Positions 1-12,599 of a stretch of DNA of 64,000 nucleotides are shown here, one piece after another. The translations under genes and the position numbers were made by a program. Source of the DNA: Mobula hypostoma (taxonomy: Eukaryota); the NCBI RefSeq assembly GCF_963921235.1, contig NW_026948199.1, positions 62,001 through 126,000 of the forward strand, given 5' to 3'. Each line of letters opens with the position of its first letter. The stretch's first letter is position 1. The notes below the pieces were generated by a model. It did no database searches. It was not told where the DNA came from and was given only the letters and a program-made list of their open reading frames with translations.

Positions 1-890
1 CGCATTTCTAATTTCCTGTTTAATGCCATCCCCAACCTCACTATTACTTTTAGGTGGCCTGTACACAACTCCCACCAGCGTTTTCTGCCCCTCAGTGTTA
101 TGCAGCTCTACCCATATCGATTCCACATCCTCCCGGCTAATGTCCTTCCTTTCTACTGCGTTAATCTCCTCTCTAACCAGCAATGCCACCCCACCTCCTT
201 TTCTTTCATATCTATCCCTCCTGGATATTGAATATCCCTGAATGTTGAGCTCCCATCCTTGGTCACCCTGGAGCCACGTCTCTGTGATTCCAACTATATC
301 ATATTCATTAATAACTATCTGCACATTCAATTCATCCACCTTGTTACGAATGCTCCTTGCATTGACACACAAAGCCTTCACGCTTGCTTTTACAACACTC
401 TTAGCCCTTATACAATTATGTTGAAAAGTGACCCTTTTTGATTTTTACCCTGGATTTGCCAGCCTGCCACTTTTATTTTTCACCTTACTACTTTTTGCTT
501 CTACCCTCAATTTACACCCCTCTGTCTCTCTGCACTTGTTCCCATCCCCCTGCCACATTAGTTTAAATCCTCCTGAACAACAGTAGCAAATGCTCCCCCT
601 AGGACATTGGTTCCAGTCCAGCCCAGGTGCAGACCGTCCTGTTTGTACTAGTCCTACCTCCTCCAGAACTGTTTCCAATGCCCCAGAGATTTGAATCCCT
701 CCCCCTTGCACCATTTTTCAAACCACGTATTCATCTGAAATATCCTCCTATTTCTACTCTGACTAGCACGTGGCACTGGTAGTAATCCAGAGATTACTAC
801 CTTTGTGGTCCTATTTTTTAGTTTATCTCCTAACTCCCTAAATCACCTTGTCGGACCTCATCCCGTTTTTTACCTACATCGTTGGTACCG
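1..890 (-). mobile_element. CR1 LINE fragment (end of ORF1 esterase and start of ORF2 AP-endonuclease), 5'-truncated, runs off the left edge
   Basis: The reverse strand encodes GGGVALLVR-type APE motifs and DGLHL esterase motifs, matching the CR1 copies at 16-21 kb and 52-55 kb. Confidence 0.85.
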
Positions 891-1010
891 ATGAAATTGA
901 TAATCTTGAAAGTGACTGTAAACTGTGAGACCAATACTATATGTGGATAAATTAACCCTAAACTTCGATTTAACTATGGATTAAGTAATATCATGATCCA
1001 TTACATTAAG

Positions 1011-1028
1011 TGGCTACCACAGCAGGAC
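1011..1028 (+). other. Candidate retroviral primer-binding site (tRNA-Arg-like), just after a putative LTR end ...CCATTACA at ~1005
   Basis: TGGCTACCACAGCAGGAC matches TGGCGACCGCGGCAGGAC (complement of the vertebrate tRNA-Arg-TCG 3' end, as recalled) at 15/18. All three mismatches fall at CpG positions. Confidence 0.5.
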
Positions 1029-1074
1029 CTGGCTCGCTGCATTGAAAATGTAAACTGCTGTGTTAGTGCAGAGT

Positions 1075-1740
1075 ATCAGAATTAGGATTAATGTCACCTG
1101 CATACATTGTGAAATTTGTTAACTTTGTGGAAGCAGTACAATGCAATACATAATAATACAGACAAAAACCTGTTAATTACAGTGAAGTGTGTGTGTTGCT
1201 CGGATTTCCAGCCGCATCTGCAGATTTTCTCTCGTTAGTGAAGTAGTGTTCATGGGTTGAATGTCCACTCAGAAATTGATGCCAGAAGGGAAGAAACTAT
1301 TCCTGAATCCTTGAGTGCGAGACTTCAGGCTTCTGTACCTCCTTGCTGAAGGCAGCAATGAGAACAGAGCATCTCCTGTTTGATGGGGGTCCTTAATGAT
1401 GGACACCGCCTTTTGCAGGCACCACTCCTTGAAGATGACCTGGTTACTATGAAGACTTGTGCCCATTATGGAGCTGTCTAATTTTACAACTCTGCAGCTT
1501 ATCTTGATCCTGTGCAGTAGCAACCCCACCCCCGAATATTCAAAAAAGGCATTATAACCAGTTAGAATGCTCTCCACAGCACATCTGAGTGTTTCAGAAC
1601 TCACCGATCTGGCCTTCAGCAGACTATGAACCACCTGGTTCATCCACGGCTTTTGATTTGGACATGTACAGTAAGTTCTTATAGGCACACACTCATCCAC
1701 ATTTTAATAAAGTCAGTGACAGCTGTGGTGTACTCACTCA
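1075..1740 (-). mobile_element. Rex1/Babar-type LINE fragment, internally deleted
   Basis: ORF 1269-1700 has PNQKPWMN and IIKDPH..GDALFSLLPSARRYRSLKSRT..RNSFFP, the C-terminus shared by many copies in the window. Confidence 0.75.
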
Positions 1741-2016
1741 GACCCAAAGAACAGGAGGTATCAGAGTCATAACAGTAATAGAGACACAACAGATTCTGTA
1801 GATGCTAGGACACTTGAACAAGACACACACACAGAATGATGGTGGGTCAGCAGGTCAGGGGGCATCTGTGGAAGAAATGAACAGTCAAAAGGTCTTGATC
1901 CAAAGCATTTCATCCATAGATGCTGGCTGACTTACTGAGTTCTTCCAGCATTCTGTGCATGCTGCTCATGGCAGTAATGGGAAAAGTTTTAGTGAAAAGT
2001 GAGAGCAGAATATGTT

Positions 2017-2225
2017 ACAACAGGAATTCTGCAGATGCTGGAAATTCAAGCAACACACATCAAAGTTGCTGGTGAACGCAGCAGGCCAGGCAGAAACTCT
2101 AGGAAGAGGTGCAGTCCACATTTCAGGCTGAGACCCTCCGTCAGGACTAACTGAAGGAAGAGTTAGTAGGAGATTTGAAAGTGAGAGGGGGAGGGGGAGA
2201 TCCGAAATGACAGGAGAAGACGGTG
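2017..2225 (-). mobile_element. Penelope-like element pseudo-LTR fragment with a degenerate hammerhead motif
   Basis: Reverse complement of the 3' pLTR at 24880-25090. The hammerhead core is mutated (CTGACGG, GAAATGTG). Confidence 0.8.
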
Positions 2226-2754
2226 GGAAAAGGTCCTCTGAAAGGCACAGACATGCCAAGGTAAAGATTTATGGGATTTAGACCATAACATCCCAGCACA
2301 CATTCTCCAGCAAACTTGTGCTGAAAGGTTAAAAGGAAAGTTATGTCGCATAGCAGTAACGTTTGCAGTAATTGAAGGGCACAGGTTACATTAAAGAAAA
2401 ACAAGAAATTATCTAAGAGACTGCAATTGGAAAACAGGTATAAGGAGTTAAGGAAACAGATGAAACTGAGTGTAAAAAAAGAGAGGAGGAGGTGATAGAT
2501 CAGAGAGAGGAAAAGGGAATACAGTCCACTCCAACTTATGAATATCTGATGTACGTATGGGAGACTTGTGGAATGGATTTGCCAGCTGCTATGTACCTCT
2601 GACATCTTCTGCCCTGTAGGAACATGGTTTGTGACCGCACTTCCATCTTGCAAACTGTTTTTTATTACAAAAGTGTGCAATGCAACTTCACATCTCTAAG
2701 CCAACATCAGCACAGAGATAATAACAGTGTCTAACACAAAATAAATTAAAACTT

Positions 2755-3040
2755 TGTGGCGACCCACTTTCTGGCACCCACGAACCGGCTCACAACGGCG
2801 CGCGCAGGCAGAGGGCCGGCCCCAAAAAGGGCGCCAGGCCATCTTCACCAGCAGGGGGAAAATCCCGCGCGCGGAAAGGGTCTGGGAATATGCATTCCCC
2901 ACAGCAAGCCCGTCCCAGGGAGGATGGGAACGGGAAGGCTTTAAAGCAGGCTGCGAAGTTAGAATAAATCTCTTTCATCGCAACTCTAACTCACCGACTC
3001 CGTGTGGTTATTCTAGCGCTGTGTGTAGCACACCGCTACA
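2755..3040 (+). repeat. 5' LTR of the Gypsy element
   Basis: TGTGGCG...CGCTACA; direct repeat of 6786-7071 with about 12 substitutions; contains AATAAA. Confidence 0.97.
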
Positions 3041-3042
3041 AT

Positions 3043-3056
3043 TGGTGACCCCGACG
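3043..3056 (+). other. Primer-binding site complementary to tRNA-Trp
   Basis: TGGTGACCCCGACG, 2 nt after the 5' LTR, is complementary to the tRNA-Trp 3' end (...CGTCGGGGTCACCA). Confidence 0.9.
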
Positions 3057-3080
3057 GCCCAAACAATATTTGGACCAGAG

Positions 3081-6000
3081 ATGACCGACGCTGCATCTGT
3101 TCATGCAGTTTCGTTAAAACTGCCAAGCTTCTGGACGCTGCGACCCCATTTATGGTTTGAACAAGCAGAAGCTCAATTCCACATTCGGCAGATAACCTCT
3201 GATTCCACTCGCTACTACTACGTGCTGAGCTCCCTCGACCAGGAGACAGCTGCACAAGTTGAGGAGTTTATACAGTCGTCCCCGGAGGACGGTAAATACA
3301 CAGCATTCAAAGCCCTGCTCATAAGGACTTTCGGACTCTCACGGCACGAACGAGCACGCCGCTTAATGCACCTGGATGGTTTGGGAGACAGGCTGCCATC
3401 AGCATTAATGAACGAGATGCTGGCCCTGGCTGAAGGACACAAACCCTGCCTCATGTTTGAGCAGGCGTTCCTAGAGCAACTGCCCGAGGACATATGCCTG
3501 CTGCTGTCTGACGCAGATTTCAGCAACCCCCGGGAGGTGGCGGCCCGAGCAGATGTGCTGTGGAATGCCAAGAAGGAGAGGGGGGCATCCGTCGCACAGA
3601 TCACCAAGCCGCGAGTCCAACGAACAATGGTGTTTCTACCACCAGCGGTGGGGTACAGAGGCCCGCCGCTGCAGACCACCCTGCAAATTCCCGGGAAACG
3701 CCAAGGCCCAGCTGCCGCTGATGGCTACGGCGGCTGGCCATCGGGACAGCCTCCTGTATGTCTGGGACAAGCAGTCGGGGCGCCGCTTTTTGCTCGACAC
3801 CGGAGCGGAGATCAGCGTCTTACCTCTAACGAGTTATGATACCCGCAATAGAGAACCGGGACCCACCCTAAGGGCCGCAAATGGCAGCACAATACGAACC
3901 TACGGCACCCGCACGGTGCGGCTACAGTTCAGCTCCAGCCGGTTCACGTGGGACTTCACACTGGCCGCCGTGGCCCAACCACTCCTGGGGGCGGATTTTC
4001 TGCGAGCCCACAGCCTGCTGGTCTACCTGCAAGGGAAGCGACTAGTCCACGCCAAGACTTTTCAAACGTTCTCCCTGGGTGAAGCCAAGTCGCCAGCCCC
4101 ACACCTGGACTTCATCACGCTGTCCGACGACGAATTCACCAGGGTCCTGGCGGATTTCCCATCAGTACTGACACCGCAGTTCACGGCAGCCATGCCCAGA
4201 CACGGAGTACAGCACCACAGCCCGACCCAGGGACCACCCCTCCACGCCCGTGCTCGAAGGCTTCCCCCGGACAAGCTCCGACTGGCGAAGGAGGAGTTCA
4301 AGAAGATGGAGGAATTGGGGATCATACGACGGTCCGACAGCCCATGGGCCTCCCCCCTTCACATGGTGCCCAAGGCAATGGGAGGCTGGAGACCATGTGG
4401 TGACTACCGCAGACTGAACGAGGCTACGACGCCAGACCGCTACCCTGTGCCGCACATTCAAGACTTCGCAGCAAACCTACACGGCGCAAGGATCTTTTCC
4501 AAGGTAGACCTTGTCCAGGGATACCATCAAATCCCGGTACATCCGGACGACATCCCCAAAACAGCACTTATCACCCTGTTCGGACTTTTCGAATTCCTCC
4601 GAATGCCGTTTGGTCTAAAGAATGCCGCACAGACTTTCCAGCGGCTAATGGACGCGGTGGGACGCGACCTGGACTTTGCATTCATCTATTTGGACGACAT
4701 CCTCATAGCAAGCAGTAGTCGGCAGGAGCATCTGTCCCACCTCCGCCAGCTCTACTCCCGCCTGAGCGAATTCGGCCTTACAATCAACCCAGCCAAATGC
4801 CAGTTCGGACTCGACACCATCGACTTCCTGGGCCACAGGATTACTAAAGACGGGGCAACCCCACTGCCCGCCAAGGAAGACGCGGTCCGCAACTTCCCCC
4901 AACCCAACACAATCAAAGGCCTGCAGGGATTCGTGGGTATGGTGAATTTCTACCACCGTTTCCTCCCCTCAGCAGCCCGAACCATTCGCCCCCTGTTCAC
5001 TCTAATGTCGGGTAAGGGCAAGGGCATTACCTGGGACGAAGAGGCCGCAACCGCTTTCGTTAAAACCAAAGAAGCCTTGGCAAACGCCGCGATGCTACTG
5101 CACCCCAGAACGGACGTTCCTACTGCCCTCACGGTGGACGCATCCAACACAGCAGTCAGTGGAGTGCTGGAACAACTCATCGAGGGTCGCTGGCAATCCC
5201 TGGCGTCTTCAGCAAACACCTACGACCACCCGAACTCAAATACAGTGCTTTCGACCGGGAGCTATTGGCACTATACCTGGCAATCCGGCATTTCAGGTAC
5301 TTCTTAGAAGGTAGGCCCTTCACCATGTTCACAGACCACAAACCGCTTACCTTTGCGTTCATGAAGGTGTCCGACCCCTGGTCGTCCCGCCAGCAGCGAC
5401 ATCTGTCCTACATCTCCGAGTACACGACGGACATCCGGCATGTCTCTGGAAAGGATAACGTCGTGGCGGATGCACTATCCAGACCTACCATACAGGCCCT
5501 GTCCCAGGGGGTGGACTATGCAGCGCTGGCAGAGGCACAGCAGGCAGACGCTGAGATCCCCAGTTACAGGACTGCAGTCTCCGGTTTGCAGCTCCAAGAC
5601 CTCCCCGTAGGCCCAGCTGAGAGGACCCTACTATGTGACGTAGCTACTGGCCAACCCCGCCCCGTCATCCCAGCAGCCTGGCGCCGGCGGGTTTTCGAGT
5701 CCATTCACAACCTAGCGCACCCCTCCATCAGGATAACCGTCCGGCTGGTCTCCAACAGGTCCGTGTGGCATGGGCTGCATAAACAGGTCAGTGAATGGGC
5801 CAAAACGTGCATGCAGTGCCAAACGGCCAAGGTGCAGCGGCACACCAAGGCTCCACCGCAGCGGTTCGAACCCACCCGCCGGAGGTTCGACCACATCCAT
5901 GTGGATATCGTGGGGCCCCTGCCAGTGTTGTGAGGAGTGCAGTACCTCCTAACTATGATAGACCGGTTCACCAGATGGCCAGAGGCAGTCCCACTCACCG

Positions 6001-6782
6001 ACACCACCTCCGAATCCTGTGCCCGAGCACTGATCGCAACCTGGGTAGCCCGCTTCGGGATACCGGCCCACATTACCTCCGACAGGGGCGCCCAGTTCAC
6101 CTCCAGCCTGTGGTCGGCTATGGCCAGCCTCTTAGGATCGCAGCTACACCACACAACTGCCTACCACCCACAGTCGAACGGACTAGTGGAACGCTTCCAC
6201 CGTCACCTGAAATCGGCTCTCATGGCCCGCCTGGAGGGGCCTAACTGGGTGGACAAGCTTCCCTGGGTCCTGCTCGGAATCTGCACGGCGCCCAAAGAGG
6301 ATCTACACACCTCGTCGGCCAAGTTGGTGTACGGCGCACTCCTGGTAGTCCCAAGAGAGTTCATACCAGCCCCAAGGGGGCAAGAGGAAGAACCCACAGC
6401 AGTCCTGGACAGACTACAGGAGAGGCTCGGTAACCTGGCCCCCATCCCCACTTCACAGCACGGACAGAGCCCGACCTGCGTACCCAAAGACCTGCAGAAC
6501 TGTAAGTTTCTTTTTGTACGACGGGGCGGACACCGGGCACCGCTACAGCGGCCCTACGAGGAGCCGTTTAAGGTGATCAGGAACAACGGGTCCACGTTCG
6601 TGCTGGACATTGGGGGGAGAGAGGAGGTTTTCACGGTGGATCGACTCAAACCAGCCCATGTGGACTTGGCGCAGCCGGTCCAGGCTCAGGCACCGCGGCG
6701 CAGGGGCAGACCTCGCAAACAGAGGCTGATCCAGACTGTGGACATTGGGGGAGGTATCGCCGGTTCTGCGGGGGGGGGGGGG
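3081..6782 (+). pseudogene. Gypsy gag-pol polyprotein, disrupted (frameshifts ~3620 and ~5207, stop at 5931-5933)
   Basis: Gag KLPSFW..WFEQAEAQF and [18 protein letters not shown] knuckle; protease LLDTGA; RT YLDD and MPFGLKNA; RNase H VDAS and TDHKPL; integrase H..H..C..C, HVDIVGPL, SDRGAQF and NGLVERFH. Confidence 0.95.
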
Positions 6783-6785
6783 TTA

Positions 6786-7071
6786 TGTGGCGACCCACTT
6801 TCTGGCACACACGAACCGGCTCACAACAGCGCGTGCAGGCAGAGGGCCGGCCCCAAAAAGGGCGCCAGGCCATCTTCACCAGCAGGGGGAAAATCCCGCG
6901 CGCGGGAAGGGTCTGGGAATATGCATTCCCCACAGCAAGCCCGCCCCAGGGAGGGCGGGAACAGGAAGGCTTTAAAGCAGGCCGCGAAGTTTGAATAAAT
7001 CTCTTTCGTCGCAACTCTAACTCACCGACTACGTGTGGTTATTCTAGCGCTGTGTGTAGCACACCGCTACA
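6786..7071 (+). repeat. 3' LTR of the Gypsy element
   Basis: Direct repeat of 2755-3040, preceded by the polypurine tract and followed by TSD ACTT. Confidence 0.97.
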
Positions 7072-8262
7072 ACTTAACCATTCCAATCTAGGATCATATT
7101 TATCCCGTGTGGTGCCCAACGATCCCAGGAATGGGGCATGGTACTCCTCTTAATCCTGCACAATTGTCAGAAATGAGTGAAGTCCCATTCCAGTCTGCTG
7201 GAGGAAGTCAGCGGGTTGGCCAGCATCTGTGCAGGCAGATGGGTGGTCGAGACCCTGCCTCAGGAATAGTCACGTAGAGTGGAGATATGAACATGGCCGT
7301 ATGAAGAGGTGAAGGAGAAGGGTGAAGCAGAGGGCAATCAGGTGATAGGTGAAACCAGGTGTGGAGAGGGTTGCTAGCACATGGAGCCAGGTGGGGGTGG
7401 AGGTGTGGAATTGGGAGACAGTGGCTGGTGGATGATACTTTTGAGGCTAAATATTGAAGGTAAGGTAAAGCTCTGCATCACCAAGTATATTTGATGAGTT
7501 AAAGGTGAATAGAGAGCCAGGAGGTCGAGACCCAGCAACTGCTCGAACAAGGAACCAGCAGGGGTCCAAGGAATATCCAAATACCTTCTTGAATAGGCTG
7601 TGGATGCGTTACATTGCAGTATATGGACCAGGACACTGTGATCAGCTGACTGACTGGGGATAAGCTTACAAGGTTGAGAACATCCATCTCTTACACTAAT
7701 CTGACCACTCACGAGATGGTTTATGATCCATGGATCAATGACCACAGGAATCAAGGGTGTTGGAGAGAATGGAGAGCGTCTGGGAGAAAATGAGATCAAA
7801 GAAACAAGGTGTTAAAATTTCAGCAGTAGTGTGGAGAGATGAGGAAACAGAGGAAGTGTGGGAACAGAAATTACAGGGATAGGATGTGTGTTTTCATTGG
7901 GATGTGCAGAAGTGCTGAGGCAGTGTGGACGAGGTAGAGGAAGAGGAAAATTGAATCTCGTGTTGGAAGTACAGGCTTCAGCTCCAGCTTATGCCTGTGT
8001 TGGAGAGGTGAGCACAGGAAGAAAATCTGTGCTGACAGGGACAGGCATCAGTAAAGGCGATTTGCCCATTTCTTGGACCAGTTTGATCAACTGTGCATCA
8101 AGGGCTGGATTGGCAGCTGCTGTCAAGAATACTATTTGTCCAAGGACAGTTGAGGGAAGAGGAGGACGGTATAAGTAGGAACAAAGGAAATGGGATGCAC
8201 TTGGAGGATTTTCAGGACGTGCCCAGAAAGTGCATGCATCTAAACTGATTTTCCACCACAAA

Positions 8263-8587
8263 GGACACCTTCAAAAGACGGTACCTCAAGAAGGCAGCAT
8301 TCATCATTAAGGACCCTCAGCATCTGGAACATGCCTTCTTCTTATTACTACAATCAGGGAGAAAGTACAAGAACCTGAAGACCCTCACTCAATGTTTGAG
8401 GAACAGCATCTTCTCCTCCACTATCAGATTTCTGAATGGTCCATGAAAACTACTTCACTACTCCTCTTTTGCTTGCTTTCACTCTATCAATAGTATTTTT
8501 TATGCCTTGCACCGTACTACTGCCACAAAACCGCAAAATTAACCACATTTTATTATCATGCCAGTGATAATAAACCTGATTCTGATT
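8263..8587 (+). mobile_element. Rex1/Babar-type LINE 3' fragment
   Basis: Encodes KAAFIIKDPQH..HAFFLLLQSGRKYK and ends in the tail AATAAACCTGATTCTGA. Confidence 0.7.
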
Positions 8588-8855
8588 TAGGAAACTGGGA
8601 AGTTAAAAGTGTATTTCAAGTTTACTCCTGGAATACACTCAACTCTGCTTCACTAAAGCACATTATATTCCAGGAGCAGACTTGAAATAATAATATCATT
8701 AGTAAGATAGTGTTGTTTCCCCAGGAGTTGAATACTGGCACCAGTGGGTGCAAACCAATATCAGATCTTACCACAGCACAAATCATGAGACAGACTCAGA
8801 GGAATTAAATTAAACATGTACACAGGTAAACGTACTACACAATGTTGCAGAGTTA

Positions 8856-11800
8856 GCAGATATATCTAATTTCTTAACATCCTTAGATTTACCATCGGTA
8901 AGAACAGAGCAAAATAAACTAATAACTCAGGAGATAACAGAGATAAGGCTATATCAGCATTAAAAACAAATAAAATCTCAGGTGCTGATGGCTATCCAGC
9001 GGAATGGTACAAAACTTTCAGAGAGATAATAATACCAATACTTAAGAAATGTTTTAATTATGTTCTCGGAGGAGGGGAGACTCTGTTGTCCTGGAATCAA
9101 GCAATAACTTCAGTAATTCCTAAAAGTGGTAAGGATCGGACTGAATGCAGTTCCTATAGGATCATATCTGTTATAAACATAGATTATAGATTATTTGCAT
9201 CAATATTGGTAAAAAGATTGGAAAATACAATTCCAGATCTAATTGACACAGATCAAACAGGTTTTGTAAAAAGTAGGCAAATACAGGCCAATGTGAGACA
9301 GGCCCTTCATCTCACTGACCATATGAGCAATAATAACCTGGAATCTGTAGTTATTAGCCTTGATGCTGAAAAGGCCTTTGACTCGGTACGATGGGAATAT
9401 CTCTCCTTGGTACTTAAGCGGTTTGGCTCTAATAATCAGGTAGTTGTATGTCTGAAATCTTCATATTCTTCCCCTACAGCCAGAATTAAAATAAATGGGC
9501 ATTTATCTGAAACAATATTTCTTGAAAGGGGATGTCGACAAGGGTGCCCCCTAAGCCCCACGCTTTTCGCTCTTTTTATCGAGCCATTGGCCCAGGCAAT
9601 TAGAGAAGACAAGATTATAACAGGTGTACCAATCAGAGATATAGAATATAAGATTTGTTTATATGCGGATGATATTCTCGTCACTCTTACCAATCCCAAT
9701 GCAGGTTTGCCTAAATTATTATCCCTGCTGAAAGAATTCAGTTCCTACTCTGACTATAAATTAAATTTACATAAAACCCAAACTTTAAATTTTAATTATG
9801 AACCACAGGAAAACATTTACAGAATAAGTAAATTCAAATGGAAAGGTAATATGATTAAATACCTAGGAATACAAATACCTGAAGACTTGTCTACTATCTA
9901 CCAACATAATTATATTCCCATAACAGCTGATTTTAAAACAGACTTAAATAGATGGTCATTGCTGCCAATGAATATGTATAATCAAATAGAAACCATAAAG
10001 ATGAATGTATTACCTAAATTGCTCTTTCTTTTTCAATCATTGCCTGTTGAAGTACCTTTTAAGCAATTTAATGAATGGAAAAGAATGACTTCAACATTTA
10101 CTTGGGGAAAACAGAAACCAAGAATTAGATTTCAGACACTACAGCTGCCTAAGGATAAAGGAGGATTTGCTGTGCCTTGCTTTGAAGACTATTAGAGAGC
10201 AGTACAGCTGCGCAGTCTGGTCTGTTGGTGTGATCCCAATTGTGAGGCAAAGTGGAAGGATTTAGAACAAAGTCTAGTAAATATCCCTCTCCAATCTTTA
10301 CTGGGGGATAAAATGCTCCAAAAGAAGCATTTAAATAAACTGACTAAGTGGACAACAGTCCCTCTAAACATCTGGTATAAAGAATTTAAAGACCCAAAAT
10401 TTGAAAGAAATGTAAGAATACTACGTTGGGTGGCACATGACATGGAGTTCCTTCCAGCACAATTGGATGGAAGATTTACACATTGGACAAGTAAGGGAAT
10501 CACCTCATACTGTACAATATCCTCCATTAAGGGGTTGGAGTCCTTTCCACAACTCACAGAAACTTGTCACTTAGAGAAACAAGATTTCTTTAGATATCTA
10601 CAACTCAGACAAAATTTTAATAATAATATTAAAACTATTGGAGAGAATGGGTTAAGTCTGATTAATATATTCATTGATGTGTATAAAGGTAATATTAAAA
10701 AGAAACCGATAACCAGGATTTACTCGATTTTACCATCTAACAGGGGTCTCTCCACAATGTATGTTAAATCAAAATGGGAGAAAGAAGCCAACATACAATT
10801 GACAGAAGATGATTGGTTAAACATACGCAGAACACATTCAACTACTTCAAGCTCAGGTCTGTGGAGGGAATTCACCTGGAAGAATACTTTAAGATTTTTC
10901 ATAATGCCAAAAATAAAGAAGTTACAAAGTAACAGGGTCAATGTTGGAGAATGTGTGATAATATGTTGGCTGATCATTTTCATATTTTCTGGGAGTGTCC
11001 AAAGATTTTGGCTTATTGGTTAGATGTGGTAACAGAGATAAGGTCAATAATCAGCCCAGACATTAATTTTGACTTTAATGTTATTTATTTGGGTAATGTA
11101 CCAAATGGGCTCAAAAAACATGAAAGATATTTGTTACAAATACTCAAACAACAGGAATTCTGCAGATGCTGGAAATTCAAGCAACACACATAAAAGTTGC
11201 TGGTGAACGCAGCAGGCCAGGCAGCATCTCTAGGAAGAGGTACAGTTGACGTTTCAGGCCGAGACCCTTCGTCAGGATGAACTGAAGGAAGGGTCTCGGC
11301 CTGAAACGTCGACTGTACCTCTTCCTAGAGATGCTGCCTGGCCTGCTGCATCCACCAGCAACTTTTACGTGTGTTGTTACAAATACTACCAGCAGCCAGT
11401 AAGAAAGCGATTATCAGGAAACAGCTAAGCAAAGAGTCTCCTACAGTCCTGGAATGGATAGAAATAGTTCAAAAAATGTATGTTATAGAACGATTGACTT
11501 TCTCTCTGAGACATGCCACGAAAAAAGTTTGAAAGATATTGGGAAAATTGGACATTTTATCTGAGCCTGAAATGACTCCTTCACTGTTTGGTTTGAAGAA
11601 CTTTGTTTTATTTCTTCTTATGAGGGAAACTGCAGAATGGACTTTAGAGTTATGGATGTTAAGGTCTCCTGAGACTTTGAAGGACAATTATGGACGTAAG
11701 AGTTTGGTTAACCTTGATACAGCAATGCAACCCACTTTGCTATTCATTTTTCCTATTACAGTATAAGATACGGATTTTACTTCACCTATGATGACCCTGT

Positions 11801-11860
11801 CTGTTAGTTTTTATCCTGTTTGTTCTGTTATTGGCAAAACAATAAGCGTAATGTTATGAA
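8856..11860 (+). mobile_element. L1/Tx1-clade LINE ORF2 (5'-truncated pseudogene) plus 3' UTR
   Basis: RT motifs SLDAEKAFD, RGCRQGCPLSP and CLYADD (ORF 9086-10195); premature TAG at 10193-10195; C-terminal C..C...DHFHIFWECPKI knuckle; AT-rich. Confidence 0.92.
11145..11373. mobile_element. Short fold-back Penelope pLTR derivative inserted in the L1
   Basis: About 89-bp inverted arms (11182-11270 / 11288-11376); flanking duplication TTGTTACAAATACT at 11131-11144 and 11374-11387. Confidence 0.88.
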
Positions 11861-12599
11861 ATGTATGTAGGTGTAGATGAAGCATAAACATTTCCGTGGA
11901 AGAATGGGGAGGGAGGGGCGTTGATATATCACTGTCACATGTTGCAAGGTATAGTGAAACACTTTGTTTTGTATGCCATCCACACAGATCATTTTACCAC
12001 ATCAGTACACTGATGTTACAGAAAGGAAAAGCAGTAACAGAATGCAGAACATTGTGTTACAATTAAAGAGGAAGTGCCACGCAGGGGTACAATAATGTGG
12101 AAGATCCATGACGAGGCAGATTATTAGGTTAATACGTTTACCATTATTTACACTAACCTAATGTAAAGGGGATGGAAGCTTAGTGTTCCAGGTTTTCCAG
12201 CTTTTAAAACCTCTGTCTGATGGGGAGGGGGGTGTAGAAGAGAGACTGTCTGGGGTGAAAGGGGTCTTTGATTATGCTGGCTGCGAGAAGTGTTCAAGGT
12301 CCATGAGGGAACTGTTAATCAGACCCAAAAACAGCTTCCTTTCTGAAGAACATGCACAAAATGCCGGAGGAACTCAGCAAGTCAGATAGCATCTATGGAG
12401 AGGAATAAACTGTCAACATTTCGGACCAAGACCAAAATATTTTGGACCGCTCCCAGCTTCTTACTTCATCCACCTATCTTCCTTCCCTCATCTGGTCACA
12501 CCTAATACCTGCCAGTTTGTACTCCTTCCCCTCCCTCCACCACCTTATTGTGGCTTCTGCCCCCTTCCTTTCCAGTCCTGTTGAAGGGCCCTGATCCTT

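Larger units (their letters stand above)
2755..7071 (+). mobile_element. Ty3/Gypsy LTR retrotransposon, CsRn1/Kabuki-like clade, near-complete but disrupted
   Basis: Two 286-bp LTRs (TG...CA), 4-bp TSD ACTT (2751-2754 / 7072-7075), tRNA-Trp PBS, G-run PPT at 6770-6782, and domain order gag-PR-RT-RH-IN. Confidence 0.97.

Noticed and set aside
7374-8261. Minus-strand ORFs of 90-141 aa in unique-looking DNA
   Set aside because: No recognisable family and no convincing splice-site pair; left unassigned.
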